A stretch of DNA of 63,368 nucleotides, filler included. It is 7 parts of 7 records of this genome, joined end to end, with 100 filler letters (N's around TTAATTAATTAA, not from the genome) between each part and the next. Parts side by side here need not be neighbours in the genome. Positions count along the whole stretch, not along the records: positions 47,066 to 56,302 come from SRR31156797_21679; positions 56,403 to 63,368 come from SRR31156797_21681; 5 more parts are not named here. The stretch is one strand, 5' to 3'. This document shows positions 48,430-59,400 of this stretch, one piece after another. The notes beneath the pieces are model-generated. The model had not been told where the DNA came from. It searched no databases and saw only the letters and a program-made list of their open reading frames with translations. How positions within the stretch are numbered: the stretch's first letter is position 1; each line of letters starts with the position of its first letter. Both the position numbers and the translations under genes were made by a program.

Positions 48430-49116
48430 ATGAGGAGCAACACAAACTTGCAAAAATCAAACACAACCGAAACTGGCTGCCGTCGATGCGGCGACTGCTG
48501 TAGAAATGGCGGCCCGGCCCTCCACAAGGCCGATCTCCCGCTGATTCAGGATGGGACCATCGCCCTGTCCGAAATTGTCGCACTCAGGCCTGGCGAATGG
48601 GTTTACGATCAACCCGAGCAAAAAGTCGCTCCCCTTAATGCCGAAATGCTCAAACTCAAGGGACGTGACGGAACGTGGACTTGCATTCATTTCAGCCCGG
48701 AAGGCAACACTTGCGGCATCTATGGGGCTCGCCCTATTGAATGTGAAGTGCTCTTCTGTAAAGATATTGAGCCACTCAGAGCCATGTACACCAAGGACAG
48801 ACTGACTCGTGTAGACCTGATACCTGAAGGACACCCCTTGCTGGAACTCATGGCCGAACATGACCTAAAATGCTCTCCTGCTAACATGGAAAAATTAGCC
48901 AAAGCAGCCCGAGAAGGTGACCAAGAGGCTGGCAAATCTCTCAAGGAGATGGTGGTATTTGATATGGAACTCCGCAATCTGGTTCCCCAAAAAACCGGTA
49001 TGTCAGCTGATATGAACGACTTTTTCTTTGGCAGGCCCCTGCGCATCCTGCTTGCAGGCATGAACATAAAGACATACGAAGCGGGTGGAACTCTCCGCTT
49101 CAATTTCAACGGTTAG
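48430..49116 (+). CDS. YkgJ-family cysteine-cluster protein
   Basis: CRRCGDCC..CIHF..CGIYGARPIEC; alternative TTG start 48448. Confidence 0.85.
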   Translation: MRSNTNLQKSNTTETGCRRCGDCCRNGGPALHKADLPLIQDGTIALSEIVALRPGEWVYDQPEQKVAPLNAEMLKLKGRDGTWTCIHFSPEGNTCGIYGARPIECEVLFCKDIEPLRAMYTKDRLTRVDLIPEGHPLLELMAEHDLKCSPANMEKLAKAAREGDQEAGKSLKEMVVFDMELRNLVPQKTGMSADMNDFFFGRPLRILLAGMNIKTYEAGGTLRFNFNG

Positions 49117-49125
49117 GAGATATCA

Positions 49126-49383
49126 ATGAAAGACGAACGCGGCCATTACTATACACCTTCCCTCCAACATCCCGAAGTTCGCATGTATGTGCGCGCCAAC
49201 GATGACGATATTGAATTCAGACTTTATAATCCCAAAGAACCTGTCATTTGGGAAAAGCATAAGTGGATGCCTTACTCTGCAATAGAACAGGCTGCTGCCA
49301 TGTTTCGGGAGCGCGGCACAGACCGTAACCCATTGGCATTATATGATATGGACATCGCAAAAAAGTTGCTTCAAGAAGGCTGA
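49126..49383 (+). CDS. Hypothetical protein
   Basis: AGGAG RBS, 85 aa, followed by a terminator. Confidence 0.75.
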   Translation: MKDERGHYYTPSLQHPEVRMYVRANDDDIEFRLYNPKEPVIWEKHKWMPYSAIEQAAAMFRERGTDRNPLALYDMDIAKKLLQEG

Positions 49384-49418
49384 ATCGATCCTTCCTTGAT
49401 GCCTCAAACTGATTTTTC

Positions 49419-49451
49419 ACAGCCGTTCAGCCGCCAAGGCCGAACGGCTGT
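49419..49451. terminator. Bidirectional hairpin
   Basis: ACAGCCGTTC...GAACGGCTGT followed by T-rich sequence. Confidence 0.6.
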
Positions 49452-49452
49452 T

Positions 49453-49626
49453 TCATTTTTCATCCTCACAAGCGGGATATTCTCCCAACAGGCACTTCCC
49501 ACAACGGGAACATTCCCTATTGTCAGAACTGCCCAGATATGTGTTGTATACGGAACATGATTTTACAAATTGTTTTCCCGACGTTCCCCGTCGGGAACTC
49601 CCCCGAAAGGCTCCAAACACCGCCAT
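49453..49626 (-). CDS. Small Cys-rich protein (57 aa)
   Basis: MAVFGAF..KSC..ECSRCGKC..PAC; lies between two terminators. Confidence 0.45.
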   Translation of the reverse strand: MAVFGAFRGSSRRGTSGKQFVKSCSVYNTYLGSSDNRECSRCGKCLLGEYPACEDEK

Positions 49627-49656
49627 GGAGCCTTTCATTTTTATTGAACACAAGAA

Positions 49657-49682
49657 AGGCCCCGGCTACTTGACCGGGGCCT
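49657..49682 (-). terminator. Terminator downstream of the MCP gene
   Basis: AGGCCCCGG-CTACTTGA-CCGGGGCCT; TTCTT tail on the minus strand. Confidence 0.6.
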
Positions 49683-49762
49683 CTGTTCTATTCTCTATAG
49701 ACGGAGAATCTATAAGACAATTTTATCTCTCGCCCTACCAATGTCCTGTCTTATAAACTCCA

Positions 49763-51679
49763 TCAGAATCGTTCGAACCCTTCATCTGTTTCCACTCCAG
49801 ACTCAATCATGGCTGCGGGAGCAGATGGTGCGGAAGCACTCCCCAAAGACGGCTTTTGCTCATACGCAGTAACCTGGCTTTGATGAGACGCCATCGGATT
49901 ATCCTTCAATTGAAAATAGCTCACAATCTGCTGAAGCTGCATTGCCTGGCTGGACAACTCCTCAGCAGTAGATGAGGTTTCTTCTGACGCTGCGGCATTC
50001 TGCTGCACCACCTGATCCAATTCCTGAATGGCAGTACTGATTTCACCGGCCCCAACATTCTGCTCTGACGTAGCAGCTGATATCTCCTGAATAAGTTCAG
50101 CTGTCTTTTGAATGTCTGGGACAAGTTTCTCAAGCATCTTGCCAGCGGTATCTGCGACATCCATGCTTGAAGAGGATAACTCACTGATCTCACTCGCAGC
50201 AACGCCTGACCGTTCAGCCAACTTACGAACTTCAGCGGCAACAACCGCAAACCCTTTACCGTGTTCACCAGCACGGGCTGCCTCGATGGCCGCGTTCAAA
50301 GCCAACAGATTCGTCTGCCGAGCGATTTCTTCAATTATTGAAATCTTTTCGGCTATGTCACTCATTGCTACCACAGCCTGAGCAACGGCTTCGCCGCCAG
50401 CCTGAGCATCCTTGGCAGCCTGCTGAGCCAACGACTCTGTTTCCTGGGCATTGGTAGCGTTATTATTAATACTTGAACTCATCTGTTCAACGGAACTCGA
50501 CAGTCTCTCGACGCCAGTTGCTTGAGTGTTGGCCCCTTGAGCCAAAGTTTCTGCCGTTGCGGTCAACTCTTCCGATCCAGAAGCAACATTTTCGCTGCCG
50601 GAATGAATATTACCGACCACTTCATGCAGATTTTCGACCATGGAACTGAATGCATCCCGCAAACGTGCAAGTTCACCACTGAACTTACCGGAAAGATCAA
50701 CAGACAAATCACCACGACTTACAGCTTCGGATTTCTCCACGATCACTGCAAGCGGCTGGGTCACAAGCCGACGCGTTATGAAGAAAATCAAAAGAAGGAT
50801 GACCACTAAAGAGACCACCCCTACAATCAAAAGTTGCATCTGCATGGCATCGGCTTCGATCAAGAAATCAGCACGTTTGCCCGAAAGAGCAACTATCCAA
50901 CCAGTCTTTTTGACCTCACCAAATGCCATATACTTAACATCACCTTGCCACTCATATTCAATGAACCCGCCTTTTTGACGAATTCCGGCTTGGATAAAAT
51001 CGTATTTACTTAAATCTTTAAAAATTAGATCCTTATCCGGGTGCGCTAAGATCCGCCCGGCCGCATCATAGAGGAAACAGTAACCACTTTCACCGACCTT
51101 AATAGACAGCAAATGTTTGGCAAAGCCTTCAGCCAAAACAGACATGCCAACGTATCCAATGGTCCTGCCATCTTTTTTTACAGCCTTAACCAAGGCTATA
51201 CGGGGCTTTTTGCTCACAGGCGAAAGACTCAATTTTGAAATAAAGGAGTCCTCTCCACTTCCGATGATCGCCTTGTAATACCCACGACTTCTATAATTTT
51301 TCCCTCGACCGCCCGTATTTGTCGTCACCACGCTGTTGCCTTCCGCATCATGTACAAAAAGCGATTCCAGCATCGGATCATTGTTTTTGGCACTCTTCAA
51401 CCATTCTGTAGCCGGTCCCCAATCACCTCCATCGGCAGCAGAAACCACCATTGGATTTGTTGCAGCAAGCCCTAAAAACAACATCTGGTCATCAAGCCAA
51501 GTATCGACCAAGTCAGTTGAACTACGTGCATTCTGACTCAACGTCTTTTCAACAATGGACAAAGTCATTTCCTTTGTCCCAAAATTGACGTTTACAAGGA
51601 AAAAAGTAACCAGAATGACCATGAGTACAGCCAAAATGGCAACTAACCTCTGCCCAATACCAATCTTACTCAATTTCAT
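49763..51679 (-). CDS. Methyl-accepting chemotaxis protein (dCache-HAMP-MA)
   Basis: [44 protein letters not shown]; two TM helices. Confidence 0.95.
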   Translation of the reverse strand: MKLSKIGIGQRLVAILAVLMVILVTFFLVNVNFGTKEMTLSIVEKTLSQNARSSTDLVDTWLDDQMLFLGLAATNPMVVSAADGGDWGPATEWLKSAKNNDPMLESLFVHDAEGNSVVTTNTGGRGKNYRSRGYYKAIIGSGEDSFISKLSLSPVSKKPRIALVKAVKKDGRTIGYVGMSVLAEGFAKHLLSIKVGESGYCFLYDAAGRILAHPDKDLIFKDLSKYDFIQAGIRQKGGFIEYEWQGDVKYMAFGEVKKTGWIVALSGKRADFLIEADAMQMQLLIVGVVSLVVILLLIFFITRRLVTQPLAVIVEKSEAVSRGDLSVDLSGKFSGELARLRDAFSSMVENLHEVVGNIHSGSENVASGSEELTATAETLAQGANTQATGVERLSSSVEQMSSSINNNATNAQETESLAQQAAKDAQAGGEAVAQAVVAMSDIAEKISIIEEIARQTNLLALNAAIEAARAGEHGKGFAVVAAEVRKLAERSGVAASEISELSSSSMDVADTAGKMLEKLVPDIQKTAELIQEISAATSEQNVGAGEISTAIQELDQVVQQNAAASEETSSTAEELSSQAMQLQQIVSYFQLKDNPMASHQSQVTAYEQKPSLGSASAPSAPAAMIESGVETDEGFERF

Positions 51680-52220
51680 TTACAATCCTCCACTTGATAA
51701 CTCCCCCTTTATAAAAAACATAGTTCACAATCTATTATATTTTTTAGGCTGTTGAATAGTTCTCATGAACAACTCAACATCCTTTCTTCAAAATCAAATG
51801 TAATCTCGTCTAATAAAACTCTCTGACAAAAACATCTTTAGCTTCTGTAATAACGAACGAATATGCAGATATTTTCAAAAGAGAGACAACAACCTCTTTT
51901 GCAAGAAATTCCAGAACAAAATTTTATTCTGACCCACGAGAAGGCCATTTTTGCCATCTCCCTTCCACTACTTTTTAACGAGAATTCCCCTTGTTTGAAG
52001 AAAGATATTCGAAATCACAAAAACAGAAAGCAGCATTGCTTTTTTTAGCATCACAACAAAATCATTCATATTTTGCTGATAAAACCTTTCCATAAGAATG
52101 CATTTTCACCTTCTCGTAGCTAAAATTAAAAGGTGAAACCTTGAACATTATAAACAATATAATGACAGTATAATTGTGGTAAACGTTGCCAAATGCTAGA
52201 AGCAGGAAGGATTTAAGCGA

Positions 52221-52988
52221 ATGAAAAAAACAAAAAACAGACCAATCGTATCATTTTGTCTGACATTCATGACAATCTTGTTCCTGTTCTCCAACGCAAA
52301 AGCTCAACAACCATTCAAACTGGTTTGCGACATTTGGCCTCCCTACCAAGTTGAAACAGTAAACGGTCTTTCTGGATTTTCAGTCGAAATGGTGCAAGCC
52401 ATATATAACCAAATGGGCATTCCTACTGATAACATCCGTGCATTCCCGTGGCGACGGGCCATGGAGATGATCAAACACGGCGACGCAGAGGCGCTCTTCT
52501 CAGCGAATTTCACCGCCGATAGACAGGCATTTGCACATTACTCTAGTGAAATACTTTTTGAATCATCTTGGGTCATATGGACAAAAAGAGGTGAAGAAAT
52601 TCACTCTCTGGAGAGCTTAAAAGGAAAAACAATAGGAGTCGTGTCAGGCTACAGTTACACTAGGGAATTCTGGAATTTCATCAAAACCAACTGTATCGTA
52701 GAAAACGTCAACTCCGACAAGGCCAATTTCAAGAAACTCAGCGCAGGTAGAATCGACGCGACTGTCGCTGAATATAGCAATGGCCTCCACCTTGCAGCCA
52801 CGCTCAAATACAAAAACATTACCCCCAACCGAGCTGTCACTATCAAACGCGACGGCCTATATATCATCTTCAGCCGCAAAAGGGTCACGGAAGAATTTGT
52901 CAAAACCTTTTCCAACACACTGATCAAATTCAAAAAAACGGAAGTTTACTCCCAACTCCGGGATAAATATTTCCCCCAAAGACCATAA
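52221..52988 (+). CDS. Periplasmic substrate-binding protein (family 3)
   Basis: Signal peptide; WPPY, PWRRA, GYSY, GRID. Confidence 0.85.
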   Translation: MKKTKNRPIVSFCLTFMTILFLFSNAKAQQPFKLVCDIWPPYQVETVNGLSGFSVEMVQAIYNQMGIPTDNIRAFPWRRAMEMIKHGDAEALFSANFTADRQAFAHYSSEILFESSWVIWTKRGEEIHSLESLKGKTIGVVSGYSYTREFWNFIKTNCIVENVNSDKANFKKLSAGRIDATVAEYSNGLHLAATLKYKNITPNRAVTIKRDGLYIIFSRKRVTEEFVKTFSNTLIKFKKTEVYSQLRDKYFPQRP

Positions 52989-53043
52989 CACGTTGACTTG
53001 TTCACAACCCCGTTGACATTCACTCCTTCATTCCGCAACAGAT

Positions 53044-53072
53044 AAAAAGGCCACCCCGAATGGGGCGGCCTT
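53044..53072. terminator. Terminator between convergent genes
   Basis: AAAAAGGCCACCCC-GAAT-GGGGCGGCCTT. Confidence 0.65.
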
Positions 53073-53104
53073 CCTCTATTTTTCACCTTTAAATAAAAAC
53101 AAAA

Positions 53105-53596
53105 TCAATCAAGGAGTTCTTCAATCCGTTTTGCAATATATTCCTGAATTTTCTTGACCTTATCTTCGGAAACAACCGTTACGGTCTTGGCCTTCTCTTC
53201 AACGACAGCTTCATCCAAATCACTCATCATTCCGATGGTGAAAGCATCCACTTCGTCATCGTCAGGTGCAAGCCCACACCCGCCAACAGCGCCAATATAT
53301 TCACCGTCATGAATAACCGGGACTCCCACACGAATCATACCGCCGTCACAAAACTCGGCAATAGGCTCCTTGGAAGTGCTCAGCATATGGTGAAACATCT
53401 GCCCGGCCGGAGCGCAAATGGCACCGAACCCTTTGGCATCGTCGCGAATAAGAGGACACAGTTCGTTGCCCCATGTATGGCCGACAACTTTCTTGCCCTC
53501 GGCGTCCATGATATCAGCATTGAAGCTGAAGGTGTCATGCAGTTCGTTCTGCAAGGCGATCAGGTCGTCTTTTCCTATGAGGTCCGTCAATTTCAT
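53105..53596 (-). CDS. Stand-alone PocR ligand-binding domain protein
   Basis: WGNELCPLIR..IC..CDGGMIRVGVPV..GAVGGCG. Confidence 0.8.
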   Translation of the reverse strand: MKLTDLIGKDDLIALQNELHDTFSFNADIMDAEGKKVVGHTWGNELCPLIRDDAKGFGAICAPAGQMFHHMLSTSKEPIAEFCDGGMIRVGVPVIHDGEYIGAVGGCGLAPDDDEVDAFTIGMMSDLDEAVVEEKAKTVTVVSEDKVKKIQEYIAKRIEELLD

Positions 53597-53757
53597 ACAG
53601 GTCATCCTTGATGTGAAATATATTCCGCACGCGGCGGACAGACCGCATTACCCTCATTCCACGCGACGCGCAAGCCCCATGATCGACACCCTTCCGCCAC
53701 ACGATTTTGGTTTTCAGAGGCCAAAAAACCGGCTAGAACCATGGACGGAGACACACT

Positions 53758-54633
53758 ATGGATTACGAATACAAAAACAAATTGCGCGCCATGACTTTTG
53801 GCGTCCCGTGGAATATTGCCCTGCTGACCTTCGGCTCGTTCCTTGTCGCTTTTTCCGTCAAGGCCATCGCTGTCCCACACGGACTACTCACCGGCGGCAT
53901 GTCCGGCATCGCCCTGCTTTGTTATTACGCCTTTGGAGGACTCTCCACAGGTCAGTGGTATTTCCTGCTCAATCTGCCGGTGTTCGTGCTTGGCTGGGTG
54001 TTCGTCAGCAAACGGTTTTTCTTTTATTCACTCTACGGCATGGTCATTTCATCGGTGTTCATCGACATCATCCCGTGGACTCTGCACATGGACGACATCT
54101 GGTTGGCCGTCATTACAGGCGGCGGCATCATGGGTGCGGGCGTGGGCGTGGCACTGCGCTCGCTCGGCTCAACCGGCGGGTCCGATATTCTGGCCGTGAT
54201 CTGCAAGGAAAAGTTCAACATGTCCATGGGCTCGTTTGAGTTCTGGTTCAACATGATCGGCTTCACAGGCGGGTTCCTGTTCCTTGCCATGGATATCGTG
54301 CTCTATTCCATCATCATGACCTTTGTTATCGCGTTCGGCATCGAATACGTGCTCGGTATGTTCTCGGAACGCAAAATGATCATGATTGTTTCGGATCACG
54401 TAGCGGCCATTAACGCGGCTATTCTCGATGATTTGGACCGGGGCGTGACCATCCTCGACGGTACAGGCGGCTATACCGGCGACCCCAAAAAAGTTATCTT
54501 GACCATGATCTCCTCCATTCAACTCAAGGAACTGGAGGAACTGGTCTACACCATTGACCCGGACGCGTTCTTCATCATGGGCTCGGGCTTCCACGTTCAA
54601 GGCCAGGGGTTCTCGTCAAGAAAGGTGTATTAA
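53758..54633 (+). CDS. YitT family membrane protein
   Basis: GGMSGIA, LNLP, STGGSD, RGVT..GGYTG, IDPDAF. Confidence 0.9.
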   Translation: MDYEYKNKLRAMTFGVPWNIALLTFGSFLVAFSVKAIAVPHGLLTGGMSGIALLCYYAFGGLSTGQWYFLLNLPVFVLGWVFVSKRFFFYSLYGMVISSVFIDIIPWTLHMDDIWLAVITGGGIMGAGVGVALRSLGSTGGSDILAVICKEKFNMSMGSFEFWFNMIGFTGGFLFLAMDIVLYSIIMTFVIAFGIEYVLGMFSERKMIMIVSDHVAAINAAILDDLDRGVTILDGTGGYTGDPKKVILTMISSIQLKELEELVYTIDPDAFFIMGSGFHVQGQGFSSRKVY

Positions 54634-55458
54634 ATGATATTCTCACCCCGCACTGAGGAAACAGAGCACCGCTGCATTGGCCTGATCACGGACTTTGGCC
54701 TGAGCGACCCATATGTAGGTCAACTCAAGGGTGTGCTCGCCAAGAAAGCTCCTCATTGCCGGGTGGTGGACATTTCACACGACGTGACCCCGTTCAACGT
54801 GGCACAGGCCGGTTTTTTCCTCGCCGCAAGTTATGAACATTTCCCCAAGGACGCTGTCATACTGGCTGTAGTCGACCCCGGTGTAGGAACGGACCGTCGC
54901 ATCGTCTGCCTCCAGATCGGTGACAGGCTCATGGTCGCTCCGGATAATGGATTGCTTTCGCTGGCCATGAAACACACATGGGAAGACGTGCGCGTTTTTG
55001 ACCTTTCCCGCGCCATGGATGCTCCCAAAAAAGTTTCGCACACCTTCCACGGTCGGGACATTTTTGCCCCATTGGTCGCATGGATCGCTCTGGGCGGCAG
55101 CCTCAACGGACTGGGAGATGAGATAGACCCCGCCGAGCTGGTCACCCAATCATGGAGCAATCCATTCATCACCAAAGGACAGGCCCGTGGTCATGTGCTG
55201 CACATTGATCGATTCGGCAACTGTGTGCTCAATCTGGAAGCAGGCAGTCTGGGTAAGCCTTCAGGCGTACACATGGTATCACCTGCCGGAGGCGAACTGG
55301 CCTATGTCACTACATACGCCGACATGCCCGAAGGCGCACCGGGTTTGCTGGAAGGCAGCCAGGGATTCCTTGAAATCGCGGTCAACCAACGATCCGCAGC
55401 CAAACGTTTCGGCCTATCCATGGGCGACGCAATAGAAATCTCTTGGGAGGACTCATGA
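54634..55458 (+). CDS. DUF62 SAM hydroxide adenosyltransferase (fluorinase/chlorinase superfamily)
   Basis: TDFG, VVDPGVGTDRR, TFHGRDIF, IDRFGN, LEIAVN. Confidence 0.9.
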   Translation: MIFSPRTEETEHRCIGLITDFGLSDPYVGQLKGVLAKKAPHCRVVDISHDVTPFNVAQAGFFLAASYEHFPKDAVILAVVDPGVGTDRRIVCLQIGDRLMVAPDNGLLSLAMKHTWEDVRVFDLSRAMDAPKKVSHTFHGRDIFAPLVAWIALGGSLNGLGDEIDPAELVTQSWSNPFITKGQARGHVLHIDRFGNCVLNLEAGSLGKPSGVHMVSPAGGELAYVTTYADMPEGAPGLLEGSQGFLEIAVNQRSAAKRFGLSMGDAIEISWEDS

Positions 55459-56189
55459 TATTTCGCACTTTTCTCGACACTCTCGGCTTCCTGACCCGAC
55501 TCGCCCCCGCGCGCGTTATCCCGGAAACTGCCATGAACCAATGCATGAAATACATGGTGCCCGTCGGCCTTCTGCTCGGCGCGGTCATTGTCATGCCCTT
55601 CGGATTGGGGCTGTTCGATAACGCCCCATGGATTCAGGCATGGCTCATGGTGCTGCTCAGTATTTTCATCACTCGCGGCCTGCATTTCGACGGGCTGTCA
55701 GATGTCTGCGACGCGGTCACCACACACACCAACCCGACCAGATTCTGGGAAGTCATCAAGGACAGCCGGTCCGGCGCATTCGGCATTATCGGGTTGATAA
55801 TGATCATTGTCGGCCAAATCATTCTGTTCCACGAAATGGCAACGGTCGAAGCATACGGCGCGATACTCTGGACCTTTGTACTCGGTCGAGCCGCCTCGGT
55901 CTGGCTTGGCTACCATGTCCGCCACCTGACCCGCCCGGGCCTGGGCAAACTGTACATTGACGGCGCAACGCTCGGCACGGCCCTTCTGTCTGCCGGAATA
56001 GCTTTTATCGCCGGAGTGTTTTTGGCGGGATTTGCCGCGACTGCGGCGGGCACGATCATTGTCTCACTGATGTTGATTCCGATCTATCGACTGGCCGTAA
56101 AAGTCGGCGGAGCCAATGGGGATTTTCTCGGCTGCGCCGTCATGGTTGGAGAGGTGGCCGCCGGCCTGGGGTTTGTGTTGGTCATGTAA
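55455..56189 (+). CDS. cobS: Cobamide (5'-phosphate) synthase
   Basis: FLTRL, TRGLHFDGLSD..D, KDSRSGAFG, GGANGDFLG. Confidence 0.92.
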   Translation: MIFRTFLDTLGFLTRLAPARVIPETAMNQCMKYMVPVGLLLGAVIVMPFGLGLFDNAPWIQAWLMVLLSIFITRGLHFDGLSDVCDAVTTHTNPTRFWEVIKDSRSGAFGIIGLIMIIVGQIILFHEMATVEAYGAILWTFVLGRAASVWLGYHVRHLTRPGLGKLYIDGATLGTALLSAGIAFIAGVFLAGFAATAAGTIIVSLMLIPIYRLAVKVGGANGDFLGCAVMVGEVAAGLGFVLVM

Positions 56190-56302
56190 TCCCCTGCGGG
56201 GGGCTATTTCTTTCTTTTTAAATTGGAGGGCGTCCTTTCGCAGTGAGAATAAGAAGAGGAAGAAAGAACGTCTTTTTTTGGTGGGCGTTGCGTGCTTCGC
56301 AG

Positions 56303-56402
56303 NNNNNNNNNNNNNNNNNNNNNNNNNNNNNNNNNNNNNNNNNNNNTTAATTAATTAANNNNNNNNNNNNNNNNNNNNNNNNNNNNNNNNNNNNNNNNNN
56401 NN
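56303..56402. other. Artificial contig linker
   Basis: N44-TTAATTAATTAA-N44. Confidence 0.99.
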
Positions 56403-56403
56403 C

Positions 56404-59400
56404 GGCCAGGGACCTGGGTCCGGTGACCGGATCTCCGGCAATGTCACCTGTGACGCCTTTCTCACCGACGGCACGGAATTTTACTATTACAACGCGGGGG
56501 GAGCCAATCATTACGGATACGGTATTCCCCATCCCCAGGTCAGCGACACGGCCTCCGGGGAATGGGGGGACAGCGATCCCTTCTCCTTCCTGTATACCAC
56601 GGAGGACGCCCCCATCACCGTGGAATACATGGGGCTCTCTCCCAATGCGGCATACAGGCTCCTCATCACGTACCTGAACAAGGATGACGGAAATTCCATT
56701 CAAACCCTGGGCCATATCAACGGTGAAATCATCCACCCGTCCATGCCCCTGCCCACAGCCGGTCCGGTATCCTATGGATTTTCAATTCCGGGAAACCTGA
56801 TTACAGGCGGCAACCTGACACTGAACCTGGACAGAAATACCGGACTGCGGACCTTGTTTTCCGGCATGTTTCTCATGAAAGAGAATGGCGCTGAAAACAT
56901 AGTGCCCGCCATCCATATGACCTCTCCCGCCAACGGGGACATTGTCGAGCAAAAGGAAATCCTGATTTCAGGAACGGCCTCCGACACGGGCTCCGGTGTA
57001 AACACCGTTGAAATCGGCATACAAAAAACCGGGGAAAACCTGCAATGGTACCCGGCAACCACCCTTACCGGAAGCGGATCATGGTCTTATCTCTGGGATC
57101 ATCCATCCCCGGGAGAATATACCATAAAAGCCAGGGCCAGGGATCACAGCGGAAATTCCGCAACAGCCCCGGAGGTTGCCACCGTCATTGTGGACGGTAT
57201 CCTTCCCGGGCCGGTGACCCAATTCTTTGGCCAGGGAACCAGCGGTGATGCCGGAACCATGCATCTGACCTGGGGCCTTTCACCGGATGACGGCCCTGGG
57301 GAAAATGATGTGGTCCGGTATGAAATATTCCGAAGTGAAAACCCGTTTTCCGGCTTTGCCCTTGTGGGACAGGTGGGAAAAGGCGTTTCCATGTTTGACG
57401 ACGCCACCGTAACCCAACTGGTGGATTACTATTATTACATCTCCTGCGTTGATGCGGCCGGCCATCATTCCGATTCTGCCATCTTCGGCCCGTTCCGGTC
57501 CGACGGCAGCATCGACAACACGGCCCCCGAAGACGTGACAAATCTCCAAGCCTCCGCCACCCAGGTATCCGGGACCGGTTCTTCCGTCCGCCTGACATGG
57601 ACCGCCTGTGAAAATACGGAGGGAGATCTGGACGGCCAGTTCCTTTATATTTCAACCGACGGCGGGATCAGCTGGCCGGAAAAAATCAGCCTGGACAAAT
57701 CCACCGTCAATTACCAGAGAACAGGCCTGACGGCCGGCCTGGAACACACCTTCAGGATCACCACCCTTGATGAAGTTCCCAATGAAAGTGACGGCGTTCA
57801 AGTGACGATTACGCCCACCGGCGCCGAAACGGAAGTAATTGCCCTTGGCGGCAGCCTGACCCATGACACAAGGCTTTCAGCAGGAGTTTACCATGTTGCT
57901 TCAAGCCTGACCGTTGCCAACGGCACGACCCTGATCCTGGAACCGGGAGCGGTCCTGAAATTCGGCAGCGGCGTGTCCCTGACGGTGAACGGCAGCCTCC
58001 AAGCGGTGGGAGCACCGGGGACCCCTGTTGTCTTCACGGCCTGGACCGATGATGACCACGGCGGAGACTCAAACGGCGACGGCCCGTCACAGGGCGCTCC
58101 GGGATATTGGACCCAACTGTATTTTTCAGAGTCGGCATCCGCCTGCCGCATTGAACATTCCGTGGTGCGTTTCGCAGGCCGATGGGGGAATCATGCCATT
58201 AACCTGAACCGCGCCCATGTCCCGGTTGAATCCAGTGTCATCAAGGAAAATTTCCATACCGGGATCTACGCTTATTATTGTTCTTCTTTAATAAAAGACA
58301 ACACCATTGAAAAGAATGGCAGCCATGGGCTCTATTTGAATTATGGTTCTCCCCGGGTTCAGGGAAACACCCTCAATGAGAATGATTACGGGATCTATGT
58401 CCGATATGCCGCCCCGGCCATTGAAAACAACACCATCACCAACAACACCGGATACGGTATCTATTATTATAACGCCGGGAATGCGCCGGCAATCACGGGC
58501 AATACCATTACCGGCAACCTGTTTTCCATCCTGGTGCCGGCAAGTTCCCTGCCCGATGACACCAATGTATTGACCCCGAACACCAACAATTACATCGGCG
58601 TCAGGGGCAACGGCATTCCAGCGGACACGGTTCTCAAGGTATGGGGGAAAGGCACCCAGGATGAAGTCGGAACCTATGTGGTGTATTCCTCGGATTTCAC
58701 GGTTCCGGCCCATACCCGGCTGACCGTTGAGCCGGGGGTAATCCTTAAATTTGACGCCGGCCTTGGAATGGTCGTCAACGGCAGCCTTGCCGCGGACGGC
58801 ACCCTGGGCGAACAAATTGTCTTCACGGCCCTTACGGATGACCTGTACGGCGGCGATACCAACGGCGACGGCTTCAACAGTACGCCTGTAAACGGCGCCT
58901 GGGACGGGATAACCTTCAACGATTCCTTTTTTGAAGACCGGAATCACCTGAACCATGTGAAGGTCCGGTATGCCGGCGCCAACGGAAGCGGCGGGGTTTA
59001 TCTTCACTATGCCGACGCCCTGATCGAAAACTCCGAAATATCGAACAGTTCCACAAACGGCATCCGGGTTTACGGCGCGTCTCCGACCCTGAACGGCAAT
59101 ACCCTGTGGGGCAACCGCCTTGACGGTATCCGGCTGGAATACTGCCCCGGTGCCGGGATCACCTTTAACAGCATCAGTTCCAACCTGGGTGACGGTATCA
59201 ATATCCAGGGAAATTCCCAGGCCGTTGCCACAAACAACCTGATTTTCATGAACCGCGGGTTCGGCCTGAGAAACACCACGGGCAACCCCATAGATGCCAC
59301 CCAGACCTGGTGGGGGGACGCCGATGCCGGCGGTCCCCTGCAGTCCGCGACCAACCCGGATGGCACCGGCAGCCAGGTCAGCGACAATGTGGTGTATGAG

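Noticed and set aside
54634-55458. Fluorinase/chlorinase
   Set aside because: Has the DUF62 Asp-Arg-His hydrolase motifs and no secondary-metabolite context
56190-56302. Possible intergenic repeat at the contig end
   Set aside because: Single truncated copy; cannot be supported from this window
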